This document shows, piece after piece, positions 37,901 through 48,006 of a stretch of DNA of 64,000 nucleotides; positions within the stretch are counted from its first letter, which is position 1, and each line of letters starts with the position of its first letter. Both the position numbers and the translations under genes were made by a program. The stretch is from assembly GCA_004431415.1 (NCBI GenBank), contig QPMI01000249.1, positions 1-64,000 of the forward strand, written 5' to 3'. The notes below the pieces were generated by a model. It saw nothing but the letters and a program-made list of their open reading frames with translations. It was not told the origin of the DNA and searched no databases. Source of the stretch: Cyanophora paradoxa CCMP329 (lineage: Eukaryota > Plantae > Glaucophyta).

Positions 37901-39995
37901 CCGGCCCAGGCCCGCGCCGCCGAGCTCCTCCTCGCCGCCGGCGCCGACCCCGCCCTCCCCAACACGCAGTGCGCCCCGCCCCGCGCCGCCCCGCCCCGCC
38001 GTTCCTCTTCTTCCTTGTCCATCCATGTCGCAGGGGCCTCACGCCGCTGCACTTCGCGTGCCACTCGGACGCCGTCGCCCTCTGCCGGCGCCTCCTCGCC
38101 GCGGGGGCGCCCCTCGCCGCCCCCGACCACCACGCCCGCCCCTCCCTCCTCCTCGCCGACCCCTCCGCCTGGCTGCCCCTCCTGCACGCCGCCCAGGCCG
38201 CCGGGCAGGACGTGCGCCCGCTGGCGAACGCGCGGAGCGCGAGCGGGTGGGCGCCGCTCGACGTGGCGGCGCTGCTGCCGGTCCTCGTCCCCTCCGCCGC
38301 CCCCGAGCCCGTCGAGGAGGCCGTCCCCTGGCTCTGCTCCCTCGGCGCCCTCCCCAACGCCGCCGGCGAGGCGCCCCCGCCCCGCCCCGCCCCGCCCCGC
38401 CTCTCGCAGCGGGGGCTTTTCTCAGGCTTCTCCCTCTCAGAGCGGGGAGACGGCGCTGCTGCTGGTGGCGAAGGTGGCGGCGGCGGCGGAGGGCGCCCCG
38501 CCGGCCGCCCTCGTCCGCTCCGCGGGGGCGCTCCTCGCCGTGGGCGCCGACCCCAACGCCCGCCGCCCCGACGGCCTCACGTGCGCCCCGCCCCGCCCCC
38601 GCTGCGCTCGGCCCCTCCTCCCTGCCCCGCTCCGCTCCGAGATTCCAGCTAGGCTCCGCTGCGCCCCGCCTTGCCCCGCCCCGCGCAGCCCGGCCCCTTG
38701 AAAATTTCCTTAAGCGATCGGGGCAGGGCGCTGCACTGCGCGGCGGCGAACGGGCACGCGGACCTCTGCGCCCTCCTCATCTCCGCGGGGGCCGACCCCG
38801 CCGCCCCCGACGCCCGCGGCCGGCCCGCCCCGCCCCGCCCCTCGCCCCTCCGGTCCTCCCCTAATCGGACGCTACTCGGCCGCCGCGCAGGCGCCCCTTC
38901 GCCGTCTGCGCCGACGACGCGACGCGGCTCGCGGCGCGCCGGGCTCGCCCCTGCCCCGCCCCGCCGCCTCCGCTGACCAAGCGAACTCGGACAGATGGTG
39001 CGGGCGGCCGGCTCGCAGGGCTCCCTCCCGCTGCCCCCGGAGGACATCGCCCTCGCCGCGTCCGCCCCCCGCCCCGCCCCGCCCCGCCCCGCCCATCGAA
39101 GGTCTAGGCATCGAGGCATCGAGCATCGAGGCTTCACGATTAGATCTTCGCCGTTTCAGCTCCAGCTCTAGCTCCCCTGCTCTAGCTCTCTGCACCGGCG
39201 CCTGTGCCGGGGCGGCCCACAGCGCCTTGCAGGCTGCTGGTCGCCGTGCTGCCCGGGGCCGCCCCGCCGCCCCCCGAGCCCGAGGCGGACTCCGGCTCCG
39301 AGGGCGACTCGGAGGGCCGCGCGGGAGATGCGGGGGCCGTGGAGGCGGCCCCGGCGGGGGCGCGGGAGGGGCGGGGGCGGGCGGCGCGGGCCCCGCTGGA
39401 GGCCCTCCGCGAGGAGCTCACCTGCGAGGTGCGCCGGCCTGCCGGGCCCTCCATCCCAGCGCTAACTGAAGCTGCTCGCTGACTCCTCGGGCGGGGGCAG
39501 GTGTGCCAGGGGCTCTACGAGGCTCCGGCCCTCCTCCCCTGCCTCCACAGGCGCGCCCTCCTGCCCCGCTTTCCTACTTCTTTCCCGCCCATTTTCATTT
39601 GAGCATCTACCGCCTCCTCGCAAGCTCGAGACTGTCTAATTCTCCCCCCTTTGTTTTTCTCCGCCTTTGTTTCCCTCCTTCCCGCCCACGCGTCCCCGGC
39701 GCGCAGCGTCTGCCGGGAGCACGTGGCGGCGCTCTCGCGGTGCCCCGTCTGCCGCCGGCCCTTCGCCCAGGAGCGCGTGCGCCCGCCCCGCGGCCCGGAC
39801 CGCCTGCGATCGATGCCCGAACCTCCCTGTCTGGTCTGAAGCCGCGTGTGTTCGCAGGCGCGGTCGAACTTCAAGCTGCGCGCCGTGGCGGAGGCCTTCC
39901 GCGCCCTCGAGCTCGCCGAGCCCCCCGGCGGGGGCGGCGGCGCCCCGGAGGGGAGCGCAAGCCCCGCCCCGCGCGCCCCGCCCCGCGAAGAGTAG
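34986..39995 (+). CDS. Ankyrin-repeat protein with C-terminal RING finger (putative E3 ligase)
   Basis: More than 12 ankyrin repeats (GWTALKIAA, GTTALMSAA, GDTPLLLA, GDTALHGAC, GLTPLHFAC). RING: ELTCE|VCQGLYEAPALLPCLH|SVCREH...CPVCR, then NFKLRAVAE. Confidence 0.9.
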
Positions 39996-40163
39996 CCGCT
40001 GCAAGCGCGCAATAAATCGATAATTTTCTGTTCGAGCAGTCGCCGCCGGCCCGCCGGGCCGGCGGGCCTGCAGCAGGAGGCTAGAAAATAGCTATAGTAC
40101 GCGCAGACCTAGGGCCTGGGGGCAGTCGGCGGGGGCGCCGGCAGCGAAGGGGTGGAGGAAGCT

Positions 40164-41697
40164 TTAAGGCGAGGGGCGAGGGGGGACCCCCGGGCCCCGG
40201 CGTGCCGCCTTGTACATGTACAGCTCCATGGCCAGCGCCCGCCGCTCGTCCGCCAGTTCCTCCGGCGCGTACGCGTGGCCCAGCGCTAGCTCCCCCGCCT
40301 CTGGATCTAGCCTAGTTGCGGCGAGCCGGGGATAGGGGGATCCATTGAGCTCGCAGCCTAGACTACCGAATTTACAACACGAGATGCACTCCAATTGCAA
40401 CACTGTGACACGCGTACGTATACGGCGCTTTAAATTTGTGATTGGGCTCAAGGCGTCAACCACCCGCTCCAGCTCTGCGAAAAATTGTTTAATCCTCGAG
40501 CCCGTGATCGCGATTTCGATCTATCAAGATCAGGCTGACCCCGCGGTCGCGGGCCTCTTCGCGATCGGTTGCGAGGGGCGGAGGCCGCGGCAGCTTCGAA
40601 TTCGCTTCGCGGGGGGCCTCCGCGTCCAGCGCCTCCCACGGCCACTCCGCCTCCTCCTCCAGCGCCCGCCCCCGCGGCCGCTTCAGGTCCCGCGGCGCCT
40701 GCCGCTCGCGATCGTCGTCTGGTCCTCGCGATCGGGACGCCGAGGCGGCGGCGCGCATGCGCCCCGGCTCCGAACACCGATCCCGCGGCTGCGCTCGCAC
40801 AGGAGCCCCGGCAGCAATATATATATATATATATCAATGGATTGATATTCGAATTCGAATTCGGCGTCGCAGTTCAATTTCGGGGAAAATGCCAACATCG
40901 AACATCGTACCTTGCTTACAGTAGGAGGAACACTGAGCGGGGGGCCTGAAAATCTGATGAGGAATATTCTTTGTGGACGTCATGATTGGGCACCGGTACC
41001 TTGGGCTCGCGGTCGGGGCGGGGACCAGTTCGGGGGCGTCCCTCCAGCCCAGGGGCCCGACAAATCGCGGAACCGGTCCGCGTTCAGCACCGACCTGCTC
41101 GGCGACGACTCGCGAGGCTCGAATGTGATTTGATTTCTTGTTCACGTTTGCGCATGGCAATATTCAATGCACCCGCACTTCTCGACGCGTCCTCGTCCCC
41201 GGCCTTTCTGCGGATTCCATTTTCCCGCGCACAGCCTGCGCTTGTGAACAAGGATCTGCTCAGCGATCGCGAGGCATTTTACACGGCATGTAAGAGAAAG
41301 GGCATGAAATTAAACGTGGAAGCGCTCTCACCACTTCCCAGAATTAAAATCGTGGCTCAAATTCCCGCCGCATGAACACCTCGGCGGAACGCCGAACTGC
41401 GGAAAAGATGCGATATCGACATGCATTCCGCGACTGGCGCGGGCGCGCTGCGCGTGCGCATGCGCACTGTGAGAGCGCTGGCGACCCTTTCTGCGAGCTC
41501 CTGCTTCGTCCCAGTTGTCTTCATTCCATTCTGTCTGCACTCGGAAGCTCGAGCTCGGCTGGCTGCGGAGAAACCGGTCCCGGCAAGCCGACACGCACGC
41601 ACCTGAGCATCTCGCTGAGGTCCTTCGCGGATTTCTTCCCGGCCCACTCGCTCGCTTCCCGAAGCTTCGCGTCATCGGAGACGGCCCGCCCCGCCAT
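40164..41697 (-). CDS. Small PADR1 (PARP Zn3-type) domain protein; 3' end uncertain
   Basis: Hand splicing gives MAGRAVSDDAKLREASEWAGKKSAKDLSEMLR|QNGMKTTGTKQELAERVASALT|FGVPPRCSCGGNLSHDFNSGKW|LCAGKWNPQKGRGRGRVEKCG, matching the helical plus four-Cys ribbon pattern of PADR1. Confidence 0.65.
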
Positions 41698-42043
41698 GTA
41701 ATATATATCCTCCAATTCTTCTCCTCGCGACCTCTCCTTCGCGCCTCGCACCGATTTCGCCTTTCGCTCCGATTTCGAATTCGCGCCTCCCGCTCCGATT
41801 TCTCGCCTCGCTCTGCGGCCGATTTCGCGACTTGCAAAAATTGATTTGGAGAAGAAAAAGAGGAGAAAAGAGAAGGGGCGAGGAAGGGGATAGAAGAAGG
41901 GAAATTCGAAATGGATCGAGGAGAAGATTGAAGGAGAGAAAAATTCGAAGGATCCAGAGGCAGTGGTCTTCGCGATCGTGCTCCGCCCTTGACATGTACA
42001 TGTGAGCAAAATTGCAAATTAAAACAATATCAATTGTTCAAGC

Positions 42044-42205
42044 CTCGAACCTATGTGAGCGTCAGCGTAGCATAGGGCAGTGTATGGCTGCCAAATAAAG
42101 GCAGCCTTGCTTACGCACATATGTACAAGGGGCGCACTTACAAGTTATAAGTGCGCCCCTGGGGTACAAGCCTCAGTCTTGCTTCGCAGCCAAGGCCTCT
42201 AAGCT
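42044..42205 (+). repeat. 162-bp structured direct repeat, copy A1 (before gag)
   Basis: Matches 44093-44253 except one C in a homopolymer; contains three stem-loops. Confidence 0.95.
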
Positions 42206-42211
42206 GAGGTC

Positions 42212-43299
42212 ATGGCTCGCTCGCGGAGGAGCCCATCGTGGGCCCCTCTGTTCGTAGTCGTCTTGACCATCATTCTGCTCGTCGCCTGTGCCGAGGCGGC
42301 GCAGAAACGCAAGTCAACGGCCACTGGTGCGCGCAAGTCGGCCAAACCCAAGACGGCGACGACCCCGCGCCCCAGGCCCGGAGGTCGTCATCTCGTCTTC
42401 AAGCTCCGGCCAACGACAGTGCGGAGGAGGAGCAGCCTGCACCTCCGCCGACGCGATCTCGCAAAGGCAAGGAGAAAGCCGTGTCGCCGGATCCGGACCA
42501 GCAGCAGTCCGACCCAGAAGATGAACCTGAGGACGACGTTGCCGTTAGACTGGCACAGCGTGAGCAGTTCGGTGGCGCCTACGACGAGGAAGAGCAAGTG
42601 GCTGCGCGCAACTTTCCGAACTTGGCGCAAGTGGATCCGGGCGCGGCTGGCCCGTCAACCGGCTTCACCCGTCACCTTCAAGGCCCTTATGCTGTACCCG
42701 CTGGCAACTCGACTGCCCCAACGTCGACCAAACCGGCAGCGGGTGCGCTTCCGCCAGCGTGGGCTGAGCTACTTCAGCGTGGGATAGATAGCGCGGTCAT
42801 CAAGCTTCAAGAGCAGCAGCAGCAGCAGCTCGGCGAGCAGCAGAAAGACAACCATGAGGCTATGCAGCTCAAAAACCCGTGGCTTCGTGAGCTTGCCCTG
42901 CAGCTATCGCAGCTTAAGTTTCAGCTCAAGAGATGCTCTTCGTGCACTGCGTGCTACGATCACGTAAAGCAGAGCCTCAAAATCCTCGACGAGCTCCGGA
43001 AGCGGATCGACATTCGCGACAAGGGCGGCGACAAGCTTGCCGAGCGGCTGGCAGGTGTGCCAGAGGAGTATCGGGGCACGGCTGCGGCGCTGGCGCACGC
43101 GCTCAACATTGCTGGCCCGGAGGCCGCCGGCGGGCGCCCGTATGTGCAGCACGCCAACCCGCGGCCCCAGCACCAGGGCCGCGATCGCCCGCCGTCGCAG
43201 CGCAACAGCGGGATGTGTTTCCGCTGCAACAAGCCCGGGCATGTCGTGAAGGATTGCCCGAACGAGCCGCGCCCCGGCTGGCGCGACCCCCCCAAGTAG
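42212..43299 (+). CDS. Gag-like ORF1 with CCHC zinc knuckle; apparent 1-nt frameshift near 42365
   Basis: CFRCNKPGHVVKDC at the C-terminus. The ATG frame (42212) and the knuckle frame are joined by adding one C to a C-run at about 42363-42373. Confidence 0.8.
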
Positions 43300-44092
43300 A
43301 CGTGCGCGCCCTTGTGTGGACGCGCAGTTTTCGTTTCGCATTTCGCTAGATACTAGTGTTTCGGTGTGTTCTTGCAAGCATAAGTATTGCTAGCATATGC
43401 AAGTGCAGTCTTCAGAAGATCTAGAGTGTGCGTGTATGCTTCCCTAAACATGCAATACATGTATTATGCTTCAAGGCTTCCATTTCATGTGATGGTGTGG
43501 CCGGGTGCGGCATTGTGGCCGGGTGCGGCATAGTCATTACCAGCCGTGGTGGCGCCGGCGTGCTGTGGCTTTATGCATTGGTCCTGTGTGCATTTGCATG
43601 TGTTAACACTGTGAAGTGTGACTGTGAGTGTAGTCTACTTTTCTTTTCAATGCTAGTGGCATATATTGCCGTCTGGATGACTCCAACCTGGCAGAGCCCC
43701 AGCTGACTCCCGGCAACTGACCTGTTTCCAGCACAGGTCAGGAGTGCTGCTGGCTGTCGAGCTCCTGGCCCCTCCGGCCTTCCCGTGTGTCGCTATCGCA
43801 TACTGGGCGCTCTGAAATTAACCTAGTGCATTTTGCAGGTGAGGAGTACACAAGGGTACGAAGATTCCATGATGCCAACTGTTCCCGCTGATATCGCAGG
43901 TTGGCGCATTCATCCAGAAAGTCCATGCCTGTGCAAATGTGTTGTGGCACTGTGGGTGCATTGTGGCACTGTGTGTGCATGTGAGCTCAAGACTTGAACC
44001 AACAAGCACATTGACACGCTCACTCTTATATTCTTCATGACAAGACATGTTGTGCTTAGCTTGCTGTAAGCAAGGCTGCCGTGGCAGCCATA

Positions 44093-44253
44093 CTCGAACC
44101 TATGTGAGCGTCAGCGTAGCATAGGGCAGTGTATGGCTGCCAAATAAAGGCAGCCTTGCTTACGCACATATGTACAAGGGGCGCACTTACAAGTTATAAG
44201 TGCGCCCTGGGGTACAAGCCTCAGTCTTGCTTCGCAGCCAAGGCCTCTAAGCT
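44093..44253 (+). repeat. Structured direct repeat, copy A2 (before RT)
   Basis: Direct repeat of 42044-42205. Confidence 0.95.
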
Positions 44254-44321
44254 TCTTCCCGTTCGCGTGTCACCATCTTCAAGCCAGCGGCTGCATGGAC
44301 CATCAGCTGTAGCAGTGCTAG

Positions 44322-46286
44322 ATGGGCACCGCGATAATTGGGCATGTCTGCCAATGCAAGGCCTCACCTCACTTTGCAGGAGGCTTTGTTGCATCCTGCA
44401 TTCAAGCTGCAGTCCAACAGTGGAGAGCGATTGGAGCCAATGATGTCGTGCTCAACTGGATCTTGCGTGGTTTCCCTTTGTCAGGAGCGAGGCGGCTGCC
44501 AGCAGAGCGCCGGGCCAACCACAAGTCTGCGGCTGTGGACCATCAGGACTTTGTGAGAACCGAAATTCAGAAGCTTTTGCGCACGGGAGCGATCAGAGAA
44601 GTTGAAGAAGCTCAAGTGAACATTGTCTGCTCACTGTCTGTGGTGCCCAAGAAGACTGGATCCAAGTTGCGGCTCATCTGGGATGGCCGGCCTACCAATA
44701 AAGGCCTTCCGGACATCCCCTTCAAGTATGAGACTCTTGAGCATGTTGCAGCCATGCTGCGCCAAGGCTGGTACATGTTCACTATTGACCTTGAATCTGG
44801 ATACCACCACGTGCCAGTCTCGCCGCAAGACTGGCGGAACATGGGCTTTGAGTTTGACAGCAAATTCTATGTGTACACAGTTTTGCCCTTCGGCCTCAAG
44901 CACTCACCGTTTGCATTCGTCAAGATCATGCGACAAGTGGTCAACTACTTCCGCCGCTTTGGCATCTTCGTGGTGAACTATGTTGACGACTGGTGGTTTG
45001 CTGCTCCAACCTACGAGAAGGCCTGTGAATTGCGGGATTTCGTCCTCAAAACATTTGCTGCCCTCAAGCTTGTGGTCAACAGCAAATCTGAGCTCACCCC
45101 AGCACAGTCGGTGGCTTTCTTGGGCTTCATAGTGGACTCCGCCCGCATGTTGTTTGAAGTACCCCAAGACAAGCTTGGTCGTCTGCTTGCTTTGATCAAA
45201 GGGCTTCTGAAGAAAAAGAAATCAGCATCTGCACGTGAAATGGCCAAGGTCGCCGGCACCCTTGTGTCCATGGCACGGGGCTTGGCTCCAGCTCGCATCA
45301 AGACCAGGTCCCTCTTTCGATACATCAATGTTGTGGCAAGAGAATGGCATTGGAATCATCCAGTGGAGCTCACCAATGAGACTCGTCGGGAACTTGAGTG
45401 GTGGCTGGCCAACATCCACCGATACAATGGCCGCTGCCCTATTCGGCCTGAAAGGCTCCTTGTGTTGACTACGGATGCAAGCCATGTTGGTGCAGGAGCC
45501 TGGATCACTACCCGAATTGGTGATGCTCAACCTGTGGCTTGGGAGCTTGAGCCTGCCCCATTCCAGTGCCTGTGGAACCAAGAAGAAGCTCAGCAAATTT
45601 CGTCGTGGCGCGAGTTAATGGCAGTGCTTCGCGCTATGCAGCACTATCAAGGTTTATTGCGCAATCAGAACATCTTAGTTCGCTCGGACAACACAGTGAC
45701 TGTGGCCTACATCAACAATGGTGGCGGAAGACATGAATACCTTTGCCGAGTTGCAGCAGCAATTTGGGATATTGCTCTGCTCAATTGCATCAGCATTGAA
45801 GCAGAACACATTCCTGGTGTTGACAATGAGTGGTCCGATGCTTTGAGTCGCTACTTTTACCCCGCCGACTACTCGTTGAAACCTGGATATTTTGCCATGG
45901 TCAGTCGGACATTTGGACCTTTTGATATTGATCGTATGGCCTCATCAGCCAACACTCACCTAAATCGATACTTTTCCATTGATTTGAATGATCGACATGC
46001 TGAAGGATATGATTGCTTTACAGCAACCTGGCGTGGTGCTCGTAATTACGTCTTTCCGGACCCAAATTTCCTCTTGCACCTTGTGTCACATGTCCGCCAG
46101 TGTAGGGCCTCGGCAGTTTTTATTGTCCCTCAGTGGCCCTCAGCTCCATGGTGGCCACAGTTGCAGCTTGCCTTGCGTGCACCTGCAATGGTGCTCGGCC
46201 CAGCATATGACGTGTGCTATCGCGGGCCTCGCTCGGCACAGTTACCTTCCTGGATTCTTGTTGCTCTTTATGTGTCGTGGGAGTAG
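44322..46286 (+). CDS. DIRS-type reverse transcriptase-RNase H-Dam-like methyltransferase polyprotein, uninterrupted ORF
   Basis: RT: KLRLIWD, IDLESGYHHV, LPFGL, YVDD, FLG. RNase H: TDAS, WRELMAV, SDN, HIPGVDNEWSDALSR. MT: FDIDRMAS...DCFTATW...YVFPDP...VPQWPSAPWWP. Confidence 0.95.
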   Translation: MGTAIIGHVCQCKASPHFAGGFVASCIQAAVQQWRAIGANDVVLNWILRGFPLSGARRLPAERRANHKSAAVDHQDFVRTEIQKLLRTGAIREVEEAQVNIVCSLSVVPKKTGSKLRLIWDGRPTNKGLPDIPFKYETLEHVAAMLRQGWYMFTIDLESGYHHVPVSPQDWRNMGFEFDSKFYVYTVLPFGLKHSPFAFVKIMRQVVNYFRRFGIFVVNYVDDWWFAAPTYEKACELRDFVLKTFAALKLVVNSKSELTPAQSVAFLGFIVDSARMLFEVPQDKLGRLLALIKGLLKKKKSASAREMAKVAGTLVSMARGLAPARIKTRSLFRYINVVAREWHWNHPVELTNETRRELEWWLANIHRYNGRCPIRPERLLVLTTDASHVGAGAWITTRIGDAQPVAWELEPAPFQCLWNQEEAQQISSWRELMAVLRAMQHYQGLLRNQNILVRSDNTVTVAYINNGGGRHEYLCRVAAAIWDIALLNCISIEAEHIPGVDNEWSDALSRYFYPADYSLKPGYFAMVSRTFGPFDIDRMASSANTHLNRYFSIDLNDRHAEGYDCFTATWRGARNYVFPDPNFLLHLVSHVRQCRASAVFIVPQWPSAPWWPQLQLALRAPAMVLGPAYDVCYRGPRSAQLPSWILVALYVSWE

Positions 46287-46851
46287 ATTGCAGGCTCTTG
46301 CTGCAGAATTCAACTCCTGCTCATCTCTGCTCAGCTTACTTTGTCCAGCAACAGGGATAGAAAGCTTGAGTGGGGGGCTTTAAAAAGAAGAAGAAGAAAT
46401 GTAGTCTGACATACCCTTGACTCTGGTGATGCAGGTGCTCGTCTGGGGGTGAGCAAATGCAGTAGTAGGCAACATCCTCTGCCTTGTCTGATGTAGCAGA
46501 GCAGAGTGACACTGGTCAATTGCTGCGCTCGAGGACATCAGCTAGCGCACGCTGCAGAGTGAGTCTTGCGGACATAGAATGATTGAACATTAGTGATCAA
46601 TTGTTGATCAATTATTCATCAAAAGATATCAATGGTTGGCACTAACAATGGCTTAAAGATGACTGAAGGCATAGTAAACAATGGGCATTGCTAACACACA
46701 TTGAAAGCGGCTAAGCAAAGCCGCTCGAGCGGCTAGGGAACAAGCCGCTCAGCAAGTTACACAGCTTGCCCTCGCTTGTGAGCGAGGGAGACAAGCGCCG
46801 ACAGCACAGCAAAGGCGCACAACTGCGAAGCAAGACTCTAAGACTAGACAA

Positions 46852-47851
46852 TCAACTACTGCGCCGAGTACGCGCGACTTGCTGCCGACATGACTGCAGC
46901 GAAGCTGACGGGCCAGCGTAACGAGCACCAGGCCTAGCCATGAGCGCAGCCAAGGGCGGGCGCTCAGCAGAATCGATATAGCGTCGGTAGACCGCTGACA
47001 ACAAAGACCAGCGACCAACCGCTTGAACAAGCTCTTCAGGCACGCCCGCCGCAGCCAGAGCAGTAGCTCCACCGCGACGCAAGCCATGAGGTGTGATACC
47101 AGTGGCGTCCAAGCCCGCCGCGTCAAATGCGAACCGGAGAACATAGGCCACGGTCTGAGCTGACAGAGAACGAGCTGCGTCCCGAAGCTGCCCAAAAAGA
47201 GGTGCGCCCGGATCCGCGAGCGCTACAGTCCGCAAGTAGGTTCGAAACCAGAACACCGGACAGATGACCGACTCTGGGACAGCGCCCAAGACAACTTGCG
47301 CGCCTTGGCGACGACGATCGGTCTTGGAACCGGCAATGAAGAGCACGACGCGATCCGCGCGGATGGACACATCTTGCCGCCGGAGTGCCACGATTTCGCC
47401 ACGCCGCAACAGGCCAAAGAAACCGGTAAGCAACATCACAAGGGCGCGAAGGAGCTTGTTTGAGGGGGAACGAGCGTAGGTACGAGCAATCGCCTCCAGG
47501 TGGACGGACGTGACCAATGCAGATTGCTTTGCTGGTTTTCCACAAAGTCGGGCGATTCCTTGCAATGTTTGCAGCACAAGGGGTGAGCAAATGCAGTAGT
47601 AGGCAACATCCTCTGCCTTGTCTGATGTAGCAGAGCAGAGTGACACTGGTCAATTGCTGAGAGACCGTACTCTTCATCAGCAAGAGCACCAGCAGTGTTG
47701 CGACGCCAGAAGCTGTTGGTGGCCAGGCTGGAATGCAGTGAACCGCGCAATGGCCTTCATAGAGGACGACCCAGCGGGCGTAGAGGCTTTGGGTTCGCTC
47801 GCTCACAGAGTTTGTTCTGTAGAAAGTGACCCGGTTGAGCAGATCAGCCAT
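46852..47851 (-). CDS. Tyrosine recombinase of the DIRS-type element; two apparent 1-nt frameshifts in the N-terminal domain
   Basis: Catalytic set LLRRGE (R), SKTD (K), HGLRRGG (H,R), GRW and YRRY. The N-terminus reconstructs across three frames as ...PPTASGVAT/AGALADEEYGLSAIDQCHSALLH...AFAHP/LVLQTLQGIAR. Confidence 0.9.
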
Positions 47852-48006
47852 ACGAGCACCTGCATCACCAGAGTCAAGGGTATGTCAGACTACATTTCTT
47901 CTTCTTCTTTTTAAAGCCCCCACTCAAGCTTTCTATCCCTGTTGCTGGACAAAGTAAGCTGAGCAGAGATGAGCAGGAGTTGAATTCTGCAGCAAGAGCC
48001 TGCAAT

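Noticed and set aside
580-39100. Introner-like mobile introns
   Set aside because: Introns share composition but not alignable sequence or terminal repeats.
44-40023. Hundreds of long overlapping Pro/Arg/Gly/Ala-rich ORFs (e.g. 14933-18184, 30063-32099, 11031-13001)
   Set aside because: Stop-codon scarcity at very high GC and read-through of introns; the real genes are spliced.
42044-42205. Possible hammerhead or other ribozyme in repeat A
   Set aside because: No CUGANGA/GAAA core is visible; only generic hairpins can be supported.
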